20,000 bases of DNA from Asterionella formosa (GCA_002256025.1 NKIB01013073.1:44600-64599); one strand, 5' to 3'. Shown: positions 1 to 10,411, counted from the stretch's first letter. The notes: generated by a model not told the origin, from the sequence alone. A program made the numbers and translations.

Positions 1-3000
1 TTACAATAGGATCGAAAATAATCCAATAACATTGCTTATGGCAATTAAAGAACACGCATTAAATTTTCAAGAAAATCGATATTCAATGTCGATTATTTTA
101 GATGCGATGAGAACTTTTTTGCTTACAAAGCAAAAGGAAGGAGAAAGTCTACAAGACTACACCAAGAGATTTCGTGTGGCATGAGATGTGCTCAAGTCAC
201 ACATGGGAGGACCAATTATCCTCACCAAGTTTGTTGAAGCCATGGACAAATACAACGAGACTGACATCAAGCAAGCTACGAGATAAATTTCGCAAACAAG
301 CTTTCAGTCAATTTATGGCCTATTTATATCTCGATAATGCCGATAAACCAAATACGGATCAATTATGACCGGGCTGAACACTCAACAATCACTCGGCAAC
401 TATCAATACCCAAAGAGCATCATCGAGTCGAATAATGTTCTCAGCAAGAACCATCGGTTTGACGTAACAAGAAATAAATCCAAAAGTCACAAGAAACCAG
501 GAGATCATAATGAAGAGAGAGAACAAAAGGATGCAGGGAAGGAAGACGAAGATGTGAACTTGTCGTTTGCACAGTTAGAAGGAAAATGTTACTGCTGCGG
601 AAAAGCAGGTCAAAAATCTCCTTCGTGCAGAGACAAGAATAAACCCGAAGATGAATGGGCTATAAACAGGGCCCAAAGCCATGCACAGGCACAGGCTAAG
701 AATACATCGGACACAAGTACAGTTACCTCTGTTAATTCCAACAACCCGCCGTCATCACAAGCTTCACAACAAGCAAATGTTAATCAATTTGGATGGGCGG
801 GAGCTCATATGAAACTTCAATTATACCAAGCATCTGAGATGCATGACTGGATACTATTGGATAATCAATCAAGTGTCACAGTCTTTTGCAATCCAAAAAT
901 GGTTGATAACATTCGAATGTCAACCAATGGAAGCATGCACCTGGCCACAAATGGTGAATCCATGGTCGTCACTAAGATTATGAAGGCTGATCTTCCACAA
1001 TGGGGAAAAGAATGGTTTAATGAGAAGGCAATCACAAACATCTTCAGTTATGCCGAAATGGCAGATAGTACTAGGTACAGAATTACCTACAACTCTGAAA
1101 AAGAAGATGCATTTATTGTTCATTTGCCTGACAAGCCAGTTCGATTCAAAAGAATTGGGATGAACTTAACTTTTTTCAAGCCTCCTACAGCAATTAAAGT
1201 GGAGAATGCTCAAATCTTTAATTCAGTTGAAGAAAGCAAAACATTTTACACTGAGCGTCAATTTAAAAAAGCGAAGTGAGCTCGTGATCTATTTCATGCC
1301 TTGGGTACACCATCAATTAATGATTTCAAGGCAATAATTCGTATGAATACGATCAACAATAATCCAGTTGTGACCACAGATGATATCAAAATTGCAGAGA
1401 AAACTTTTGGACCTGACATCGGAACACTAAAAGGCAAGACAACTCGTCTCAAGCCGCTGCCAGTCGTGAACGACTACATCGAGATTCCTAAGGAGCTTAT
1501 CAGAGCTCAACGCAAAGTGACTCTTTGCATGCTGGATGGAATGAAAGTGAATGGACAATCATTTATCACAACAATTTCTCGAAACATTATGTATAGGACA
1601 GCGCAATGGGTCAAGAATCAGACAGCTGAAGTCTATCGAGATGCTTTGACTCAGGTAGCTATTCCGTGTTTATAATACCGGAGGATTTAAAATTTCAGCA
1701 ATTCACTGTGACAACGAGTTTCGATCTTTGATGGAACAAATTTCCAATGAATTTCAAGTCACTATGAACTAAGCAAACCCACAAGAATGTGTTCCTGAAG
1801 CGGAGCGAAATAATCAAGTGATTAAAGAACGCGTGCGCGAAGCTTATCATCGATTACCTTTCAAACATTTGCCACGACTGATGATTAAGATTCTAGTGAC
1901 AGAATCTGCAAAGAAACTGAATTTCTTTCCGGAAAAGAACGGGATATCCCCGTATTACAGTCCTCGTATGATTTTACATCAACGAAACCTGGACTATGCT
2001 CGACATTGCCAGTATACATTTGGCACTTATGTCCAAGCACATGAAGAACCTGTGTTTTCAAGCACTAATGCACCACGCAGCCTAGATTGCATTCATCTAC
2101 GCTACAATGACAACGTGCAAGGAGGTCATGAGCGAATTATTAAACCTACCTACAAATTCATTGATCACTAGACAAACAGTTACTCCTCTACCACTTACCC
2201 CTGCAATCATGAATCAAGTACATGCCCTTGCTGTGCAGGAAAATATGCCAGATGGTCTCAAGATATCAAATCTAACGGGACAACTTTTTCATGATAGTGC
2301 TTGGATTGCAGGAGTGGATTATGATAATGAAGCATTTGAAGATGCACAAGATGAAGATTATGAAGATCAACAAGTTAGTGAGGACTATGAAAGCAATGAT
2401 GAAATTCTCGGAGAAGATTATGATGAAATGACTCCGGATGAAATATATGAAGCAGAACAGCTCGAATTAAACAACAATATCCAAGAGGATGACCCTGAAC
2501 CTGAGGGCAACAATGAAAATAATGTTGAAACGAATGCAGCAGATGAAATCCAAGATGAGGATGAAGAACCAGTAAATAAAAATGAAAATGAAGAGGCAAT
2601 GTTAAAAGTCAATCAAAGCACTGAGGATGACACAGACCCAAATGTTAGAACTACAAGGTCTGGAAGAGCCTCAAGACCACCATCAAAACTAACTATGATC
2701 CAACATCATTTGCATACCCAAGCACACTGTCAAGAAGAATACACGACTGATAATGCGAAAGTGATCGCAAAGACAATGTTTTAAATGAATGAGATGTGTA
2801 TCGATAAAGAAGCATTTCACTTTGTTCAGTCATACAGCTTAAGGAAAGTCCAAAGGAAATTTGGCCAGAAAGGAAGAGACGCAAAATTAGTCAAGATCAT
2901 GAATTTCTTGAAAGCAGCTCAGAATGAGGTTGCATCTATGAGTGCTGATGACACTCAGAGCATTAAATGGTACGTTGATGTGGCGTTTGCAGTACACAAA

Positions 3001-3426
3001 GTTTTTAAAAGTCACACTGGACCTACATTGTCACTTGGAAACGGAACTATTTGTTCTATGTCTACGAAACAGAAAGTGAACACTAGAAGTTCGACTGAAG
3101 CAGAATTGGTTCGTGTCGATGACATTATATCAAAGGTGTTATGGACGAAATAATTTATTGAAGCACAAGCAAGGACATAAGGTGACTACTAGTAATGTCA
3201 TTTACCGTTACAACACTAGCGCAATGAAGCTAGAAGCAAATGGAAAAGCAAGTTCAGGAAAACGCACGCGACATTTCAACATCAAATATTTTTACATTAT
3301 TGTTCTTATTGAAAGAAAGGAAGTACAAATTAAGTACTGTTCAACGGATGCCATGCTAGCAGACTACATGACAAATCACTGGTTGGAACGAAATTTATTC
3401 ATTTTCGTCAGCAAATTATGAATTGA
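1..3426 (+). pseudogene. Disrupted gag-pol polyprotein of the copia element
   Basis: ORF fragments 365-1279, 1301-1675, 1818-2171, 2107-2784, 2785-3153 and 3113-3421 join into one polyprotein when stops (TGA 182, TGA 1277, TAA ~1770, TAA 2782, TAA 3151) and several frameshifts are bridged. The probable original end is ...FRQQIMN* at 3424-3426. Confidence 0.9.
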
Positions 3427-3444
3427 AAGTAGCCATCCGTGTCC

Positions 3445-3454
3445 AGCAGGAGTG
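3445..3454 (+). other. Polypurine tract of copia element 1
   Basis: AGCAGGAGTG lies ~20 nt after the pol stop and directly abuts TGTTGG. Confidence 0.7.
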
Positions 3455-3646
3455 TGTTGGAGAAATTATTTTAGGAAAGAAAATCCGGTATCAATTACCT
3501 ACTACATATTGAGGAATCGAATGAATCAAAAAGAATACCGGTATGGTACCAGAGAAAACTCAGAATTCGAAAACAATCTACATCAACAGTAAAACCCATA
3601 ATTCTACTAAAACTCTTAGGAACGATTACAATCGATTACTTCAACA
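3455..3646 (+). repeat. Putative 3' LTR of copia element 1 (~190 bp)
   Basis: Starts TGTTGG right after the PPT and ends TTCAACA at 3646 (TGTTG...CAACA termini). An alternative CAACA ends at 3588. The 5' LTR is not in the window, so the end is unconfirmed. Confidence 0.6.
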
Positions 3647-3694
3647 TCGTTGTTCATATCTACAGCCTATTTGGTCCTTAACGTGTCCTTACAG

Positions 3695-4875
3695 GATACA
3701 AGAAAGCATAGAGTGCTTCGGGACGCAATTTCAACAATTTGTTATGCTTCTTGATGCCACTACACCCTTTGCTTTGCAATATGTCTAAGCAGAAACCTAT
3801 TCCCAAGATTCCTTAATGACTCAAGAACTTTGGCAAACGGAGTTCCCCAATGAGTCATTCTTTGCTGAAAATGGTGAGGTTGGAGAAATTCCTGATCCTA
3901 GATGTGAGCGATCAGTTTCTCTAATGGCAGGTTTTGATTTGTCAGGATCCTCCAAGCGCCAAGCAGGCTTTCTTTGGCAATTCTCGACATCTTCATTCGA
4001 AGATATTGAGTTTTTGGAGCAGGGAGTCATAAACTACTGGAAATTTCTCCTCTTGAAGCCAAGAGCATAGAAACAGGGGAAAGTTTAGTACCAACATACT
4101 AGTACATTACTTGATGGAAACAGCATTCCATTTTTCTGTCTTGCCTTTGTCACTCTTCATCCTCACCCATTCCATTCTTACTTTCCTCTTTGCTTATTGT
4201 AGTCAAATCGATACGATGTTGCACACACACATGCTCTCGTCAATTGCTGGCTACGACTCCGACTGCAAGACCATCATGGGTTCAACATTGCACCACATCG
4301 ATTTCTTGGTTGACCGCACCAAAGGTAGCATTTTGGATCTCTAGTATCAATCAACCAAGCAAATGTGGCTTGATGAGTTTGGTTCTGAGTATGTGGTGGA
4401 CGGTGGCATGTATCGAGGCGAACCTCCATCCTCCTATTACAGTGCAGAGTGGCAGCCTACAGGAGCTCCTACAATGGTTGTGGCCAGTGAAATGGGAGCT
4501 TCCTCAACATCATCAAACAGAATTTTGCTACCTTTCAAATGGGCAACTATCTCTGATAATACCTCAGATGGATCTCCTGCCTTCATTGCTCCAACTGACA
4601 AATCAGAACGCCGTGAAAATCTATGAGGTGAACAATACCGTGAGTATTATGTCCTTGGCAACAAGGTTAACAACATAGTTGGCTAGCTACTATTAGCTAC
4701 CTTGAGACGAACGAAGCCCATCAGATAATTTTTTCAAGACTTCTGTTCAGGATCCAATATTAGTTGCATTGATTCCCTGTTACCACTAGTGTCTTAACTG
4801 CTGTTCGCATATGAAGGATTACGTAACAAATAAACCATCTGTCTACAAGCAGATCGGCGTTCTCGAAAAAATGCG
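3695..4875 (+). pseudogene. Glycine-rich domain-containing protein (GRDP/DUF1399-like) pseudogene fragment
   Basis: Fragments GFDLSGSSKRQAGFLWQ..FLEQGVINYWKFL, VPTY|QIDTMLHTHML, LHHIDFLVDRTKGSILD and WLDEFGSEYVVDGGMYRGEPP match the GRDP motif series (VPTxxIDxxWHTH, HDDSxxDR, GxMYRGEPP). Multiple stops (3786, 4068, 4342, 4624, 4684) and frameshifts; remnant intron 4102-4202. The 3' limit is approximate. Confidence 0.82.
4102..4202 (+). other. Remnant intron in the GRDP pseudogene
   Basis: GTAC... start, pyrimidine-rich body, ...TTGTAG end. Splicing joins VPTY to QID. Confidence 0.7.
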
Positions 4876-4879
4876 TTTT

Positions 4880-5523
4880 AATGAGTTAAATAGAGATGCA
4901 CAATTGCTCTGTTTTTGTATTTAAATCTAAATTAATTAATTAAAACCAGTTTAACATTAGTTTATTATATTCCATACATGTACATATCGCCAAATGTTGT
5001 TATACATTGGCCAGCCACTCAACTATTTGTGGGAAACCAATAAAAAGAGTATTTTTCATTTGGTAAACTTTCTACGACGGTTGTTGCACCTAGCTAAATG
5101 GACCATACTGCCAGATATTTAACAGTTACAATCCTCAAAACGAGCATACCATTGTTTTCTTCCTTCCCATCATTGCCACTTTTGGGGTTGCGCATTCCAT
5201 AATTGAATGCAAGTTGCCGTTGTTCTACTTTTATATCGTACTTTGTACGTATGTTGAGAATAGATGCATCGAAGAAAAATGGGTCCTCAGCATGCATCTG
5301 CATTTTGCTTGAGATAGTTGTAGCCATGAGTGAAAAACGAAAAAGTCGAAAAACATTTTTTCAAATGTAGTTGCCAAGTCTTTCTATATATATTATATAC
5401 ATGGATCCGTAGCTTAGAGCTATTCGCACAATAGGGCAATTGAGCTGGAGAAAATCGTAGGAGTCAAAATGGCCCCAGATAAATTTGAAAAATCGATGCA
5501 AGTAATATTGGACAGAGGGAGTA
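4880..5523. mobile_element. Truncated Tc1/mariner (Stowaway-like) DNA transposon remnant; only one terminus visible
   Basis: Ends GGACAGAGGGAG-TA (5510-5523), the reverse complement of TA-CTCCCTCTGTCC, which resembles the Stowaway/mariner TIR plus TA target site. The interior is AT-rich. No matching left TIR was found and the left boundary is a guess. Confidence 0.5.
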
Positions 5524-5570
5524 CAGTTTTTACCCAGAACCCTAGCAGTAGTCTACCCATATACTGCGTG

Positions 5571-6300
5571 CACTCTGATAAGAAAAAATATTACATTATG
5601 TGTATTACAACACAATCATTGTACCCATAAACCAAAAATTTGTGCTCACATGCAACCTTTTTTGTGAATCAAATGTTTGAAGAAAAGAATCCTAATAATT
5701 CTTGTGTTTTTTAGCTAAGTACATATCATTTCATCCTGCCAAAATGAGGGGTCCATTGCTGTCATTTTGATTTTCAACTTCTTTGTCTCTCAGATAATAG
5801 CTGATGTTTGGAATGCTGCCAAGATTTACTGGGAGATGAAAATGTTGAACAATTGCAGCAATTTTATAATTTCAGAGATTCATCACTCATATGTCTGTGT
5901 GTAGAAAACCTTCATAGACTTTGCCTGTGGTGGTTGTGGTAGTGGTTGTGGATTTGGATTTGGATGTGGTGTGACCAATGGTGCTGACTGATCATATCTT
6001 GCCATGCATTTCACTTTACTGTCAGCACCATAAATGTGAGTTGTTTCATTTTTTTATTAGGACAGGCTGCATGGGTTGCTTAATTCATTTGATCGGTTTT
6101 TCAAACATACTGGTTTATCAATTTTTTTACATAAAATAAATCTAGATTGCGCCTTCCAAAATGCCACAAGATGCACTTGATCGTGACTTTTTATGAAGCA
6201 GCAAGGTACACTCTATGTTACAAAAATGAATTTGTATGATGAATAGAAGTACTGGTAGAATTTTTCACGGACGGCGCATGACCTTTTTTCATAGTATTGC
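5571..6300 (-). other. Unidentified decayed, CpG-depleted relic with a Pro-rich coding-like stretch
   Basis: Only about 3 CpG in 5581-6240 (by eye). The minus strand reads ...SAPLVTPHPNPNPQPLPQPPQAKSMKVFYTQTYE** across the TGG/TTGGA repeats at 5927-5975. Confidence 0.35.
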
Positions 6301-6560
6301 CCCGGCCACCCAATTTCGCGAAAATGTGCCTACTATGTATGAAAATTACCGTAGTTATTCCGAGTACCTGGTGCCGGTACTATAATGCAACAAACATTAT
6401 ACCGGTATATAGACTAAACTAGAGTCTTTGGTCCCAGCATGCTTCTTGCAAGTGCACTTCACTCCCCGCTCCATTGACCACCACCAAACGGCAAGAACAT
6501 TTTCATTCCTAGCCTATAGTAACGTCTGAACATATCGACATTACCCTATCCAAAGCAACC

Positions 6561-8363
6561 ATGGCACAATCCGTCGAGACCAAAAGCAGCAACAAGAAAA
6601 AGAAAAAGGACCCTGATGGTGAATTGAACGTCGCTCGAGGAAATGTCATTTCCTCCTCCGAATCCAAAAAGCGCCGCATCAAGCTTCTGTCTGCTAAATC
6701 TCCACTTGACCAAGAGCGTATTCAATCATACCTTCAAAGGGACCACCATGCGGAAGAACGCATGGCAGCCATGATACAAGACGATCGAGCACCCAAGTTG
6801 GAGCACTTGACAGAACATCAACGTCGGTCGTTACTCAAACGAAGCAAGGCAGTTCACAAGGATAAGGCACTTTTGGCGAACTTAGAACGGCACGAAACGA
6901 AGCGTTTGGATGCTGCTGTATCCGCAGCGGATGCACAAGTAATACTGAATACAGAAACACCAGGGCTGATTCAAGCCGAGCATGACATGGAGCGAACTAC
7001 TAGATTGACTCAACGGGAGTTGAAGAACAACTTCTTGGATGAACAAACAGCGCAACAAATCTATGATTTGAATTTGGATAGCTATGCTCCGTATGGAATC
7101 AAATATGATCGATCAGGCGCTGCAGCTGTGCTTTTTGGAAGAGGCGGCCATGTTGCCTTGATGAACTGTCAACAACGATCGCTAAAAACTGAATTCTATC
7201 TCAACGAACGCGTCCGCGACGCTTGTTTTCTCCACAATACCACTTTATTTGCAACGGCACAAACCAATCACGTCTATATTTATGACGATGCGGGAGCTGA
7301 AATTCACAAGCTAGATGACCACACCGACCCGACAAGGCTGGATTTCCTCCCCTACCATTGGCTTTTGGTGAGCGTTGGCCGTGCTGGCTATTTAAAATAC
7401 CACGACACCTCCACTGGAACGTTAGTCTCGCAGCATCGTACCAAACTAGGCCCTTGTGATGTAATGCGCCAGAACCCGTCCAACGCCATTATGCATTTAG
7501 GGCACAAGAGCGGCGCTGTGACAATGTGGTCACCTGCATCAAGTACTTACCTGGCCAAACTTTTGTGTCACAAGGGAGCTCCCGTTACCTCGTTGGCAGT
7601 GCAGGGAAATGTTATGGTGACGGGTGGAGCCGACCGGCAGGTGCGCATTTGGGATTTGAGAATGTACAAAGAGACGCATGCGTATTGGACTGCAGCAGGG
7701 GTCCCCACATCGCTGGATATTAGTCAACGGGGGGTGTTAGGGGTGGGACATGCGGGGCACGCTACCTTTTGGAGTCCTGAGGCACTACGAAGTAAGGTGC
7801 AAGACCCGTATATGCATCATGACATGGCGGGATGTAGTCCAATAGAAACGTTGAGATTTCGTCCTTTTGAAGACGTATGTGGGATTGGTCATGCCAAGGG
7901 AATCAGTTCGATTGTTATTCCTGGCTCAGGAGAACCAAATTTGGACACCAATGAGTTCAATACCAATCCTCACACAGACAAGAAACAACGGCGAGAAGCA
8001 GAAGTCAGAGCTCTTTTGGACAAGTTGAGTCCTGACATGATATCCATCGACCCAGATGTTGTTGGTGGGGTAGAAGCAAGCGATCCTCACAGTCGTTATG
8101 AACGATTAAAGGACATTCAAGAAGAAGCCAATGCCAAGGTCATTCCCAAGAAGAAGCAAAAGAGCAGGAAACGAGGTCGCAGCAAAATTCAGACTCAACT
8201 TCGCCGCAAGGCGAGGAATGTGGTGGATGAAAATACAGTCAAGTTGCGCGAGGCTCGAAACCAAGAGAAGGCTCAAACGCAGCGCGAGCTCAATACGGAG
8301 GTTGGCGGACACCACCAGACGCCCAAGGATGTAGCACCGACAGCACTCAAACGATTCTTTTAG
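6561..8363 (+). CDS. UTP7: WD repeat protein 46 / Utp7 (BING4), U3 snoRNP small-subunit processome component
   Basis: Intronless 600 aa ORF. Basic N-terminus, LDFLPYHWLLVS, MRQNPSNAIMHLGH, WD repeats (RQVRIWDLR), and BING4CT-type LRFRPFEDVCGIGH..SSIVIPGSGEPNLD..RREAEVRALLDKL; ends ALKRF. Confidence 0.96.
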   Translation: MAQSVETKSSNKKKKKDPDGELNVARGNVISSSESKKRRIKLLSAKSPLDQERIQSYLQRDHHAEERMAAMIQDDRAPKLEHLTEHQRRSLLKRSKAVHKDKALLANLERHETKRLDAAVSAADAQVILNTETPGLIQAEHDMERTTRLTQRELKNNFLDEQTAQQIYDLNLDSYAPYGIKYDRSGAAAVLFGRGGHVALMNCQQRSLKTEFYLNERVRDACFLHNTTLFATAQTNHVYIYDDAGAEIHKLDDHTDPTRLDFLPYHWLLVSVGRAGYLKYHDTSTGTLVSQHRTKLGPCDVMRQNPSNAIMHLGHKSGAVTMWSPASSTYLAKLLCHKGAPVTSLAVQGNVMVTGGADRQVRIWDLRMYKETHAYWTAAGVPTSLDISQRGVLGVGHAGHATFWSPEALRSKVQDPYMHHDMAGCSPIETLRFRPFEDVCGIGHAKGISSIVIPGSGEPNLDTNEFNTNPHTDKKQRREAEVRALLDKLSPDMISIDPDVVGGVEASDPHSRYERLKDIQEEANAKVIPKKKQKSRKRGRSKIQTQLRRKARNVVDENTVKLREARNQEKAQTQRELNTEVGGHHQTPKDVAPTALKRFF

Positions 8364-8469
8364 GCAGCAAGTGAACACCGTAGCTATATTGGCATGGATT
8401 ATTTATAGACCAAGACTAGTCTAGGAGTGAGTTTATGTTCATCTGTTGTGATAGGGTTTTTATTTGTTC

Positions 8470-10411
8470 TCAGTATGTTTCAAGCACTGCTAGACTCAAG
8501 CCTTGACTAACGACTGGATCATTGCGAAGCAGCTGTAAAAGAGGTTTGATCACAACGTTGCGAATCTCTTCTCTGCTTGTCCCTTCAAGTTGTAAACTTA
8601 CTAGAGGATCGTGAAGACTCTTTCGCAGCATAAAGAAGCCCCCATTTCCAATTCTCACACGAACACCTTCCAAGTTGTCTCGGTCCAGGGACCATGTGCT
8701 CTCGGTGATACAAAATTGCTCCAACGCTAAGGATGCCGCATCAAAGACAGTCACCGTTGTTTCTAACGATTGATCAGTAACATCCATACGAAGCTCTTGA
8801 GTCTCGGGCATTTCTTTCAAACCAGCAATCAAATTCAACAAGCTCGTTCGATCATTTTTGGACCGAGCCAAGAGGCCAATCACTTTGACTGCTGTATAAG
8901 TACCATCGTCTAGGTAGCCATTTTCTTTCATGGCGCAATGTCCCGAAGTTTCAATGGCCAGCTCTGCATTGGCAATACCCGCTTCTGTCAATTCACGAGC
9001 CTTCCCAATGACGTTGGCATATCCCTTTAGGTATCGGACATGCTGTAGGCCAAGATCATCTTGTAGAAAGGTTGCCAAACCTTCGGATGTGACCGAGTCC
9101 GTCACAACTGTACATCCCGGAGCTGCTTGACTGAATATAACTCCCAACAAGGCAATGAGACGATTTCGATGGAGAGGTTCATAGTTTGAGTTTTGCCCAT
9201 CTGCCGTGGTAGATCGAGGCACGACAAAGCCACATCGATCAGCGTCAGTGTCTAGCATAATGCCTATATCGGCATTTGATGCTTCGCATATTTGCGTCGT
9301 TTCGTCTACCATATTCTTAGATTCTGGGTTCGGTATGTATACAGGAAAATCTCCATTTGGTTCAATATGTACTGACGCAGACATGTCAGCTCCAAGTTCT
9401 TGCAAGACCTTGTTAAAGAATCCACCCGAGCCGTGTCCAGCGTTAAGGACAATCTTCAATCCAGCCAAGGGTGCGTGACTAATGGTACCTACTTCTCTCA
9501 CAATAGCGTCCGTCAATGTTTTGGCATAGTGTGGCATCCAGTCTACCCACTCAGTGCAAAAGACCGCCCCCGCTCCAGATGTCGGAGGGATGATGCCCGT
9601 GTCATGCCAATACTGGGCCTGAAGGGCTGCAAGTTCGACCAATCGTGCAATATCACTCTTGCTAAAGCCACCGTCGTTTTTGGTGAATAGTTTAAAGCCA
9701 TTGCGGTCCACTGGTAAATGCGACGCTGTTGCCATGACCCCTCCATCACAAAAGTCGGATCTAACGTGTATCATGAGAAAGCAGCAAAATCGTGAGTTGT
9801 TCCTTCCTCGTCGGCATGTGCCACCTCCCTTCCCCCCTAGTAGTATCAACTCACCTACAAAATTCTAACATGGCAGGCGTTGTGGCAATTCCTGTGTACA
9901 GCACCTGTACCCCCGGGACACTTTGCGCTCCGCGTGCAAATGCATCACTGAGGCGAGGTCCATGCGGCCGAGGATCGGTCCCAAGTCCAATCTTGACCGT
10001 GGATCGCGTTTCTCTGAGCATGGTTGCGAATGCATATCCAAAGCAATGCGCCGCCATTGGAGTTAGGGCTGGTAATGTGTTTGTGGTAATTCTGTGTGCC
10101 ACATTGGCAATGGATCCCACGCGCGCATGGTCTATAAACTGACCCCGAATGTCAGACCCAGATTGCAGCTTTGAGATGGATTGGAGGAGGGTGGAGAGGC
10201 TCGGAGGCATGTTGGAGTCATCGCAGTCGGAGGAGGAGAAGAAGGACGCGACAAAGGCGTCGCTGTCTGTTGTTTTGCTGTTGCTTGGCGACGAGGCGGA
10301 GAGGACCACATTGGCGCTACGACGGGCATGTTGCTGGAATTTAAAACTATGTGCTGAGCTCAATAGAAGCGCTGTGAGCGACAAAGACAGCCGGCTCTTT
10401 TTAGTCATCAT
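8470..10411 (-). CDS. Phosphoglucomutase/phosphomannomutase (alpha-D-phosphohexomutase) family protein, probably plastid-targeted; exons 10411-9855 and 9760-8470 (~615 aa)
   Basis: Motifs GSDIRG, ATTPAM, catalytic TASHLP, metal-binding DTDADR and sugar-binding ETSGH. A GT-AG intron joins the two ORF-track pieces in frame (EFC-R-SDFCDGGVMATASH). First ATG is at 10411 (10417 is TTG). The N-terminus is a hydrophobic signal ending AHS-F followed by an S/R-rich transit-like stretch. Confidence 0.93.
9761..9854 (-). other. Intron (94 nt, phase 2) of the PGM/PMM gene
   Basis: Minus strand AG|GTGAGT ... CACGTTAG|A; removal restores the frame. Confidence 0.9.

Larger units (their letters stand above)
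1..3646 (+). mobile_element. Degenerate Ty1/copia LTR retrotransposon (diatom CoDi-like); 5' end outside the window; RT core deleted
   Basis: Copia domain order gag-PR-INT-(RT)-RNaseH. Gag-like QKEGESLQDYTKRF (~130-175); Zn knuckle CYCCGKAGQKSPSC (His replaced by Gln); protease WILLDNQSS; integrase LC(M)LDGM, IHCDNEF and VPEAERNN; RNase H KWYVDVAFAVH..SHTG, KQKVNTRSSTEAELV, KRTRHFNIKYF and MLADYMT. A purine-rich tract and TGTTGG follow. Confidence 0.93.

Noticed and set aside
2300..2640. Highly acidic Asp/Glu/Asn-rich stretch as an independent protein or repeat array
   Set aside because: It is the low-complexity linker between integrase and RT in the copia polyprotein; the antisense ORFs there are shadows.
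5403..5475. tRNA-like start GGATCCGTAGCTTAG..AGC
   Set aside because: No T-loop GTTCRA and no complementary acceptor stem; lies in a transposon-like subterminal region.
9761..9849. N-terminal 30 aa of ORF 8470..9849 as a separate gene start
   Set aside because: Non-ATG start lying within the intron; the real gene begins in the upstream exon at 10411.
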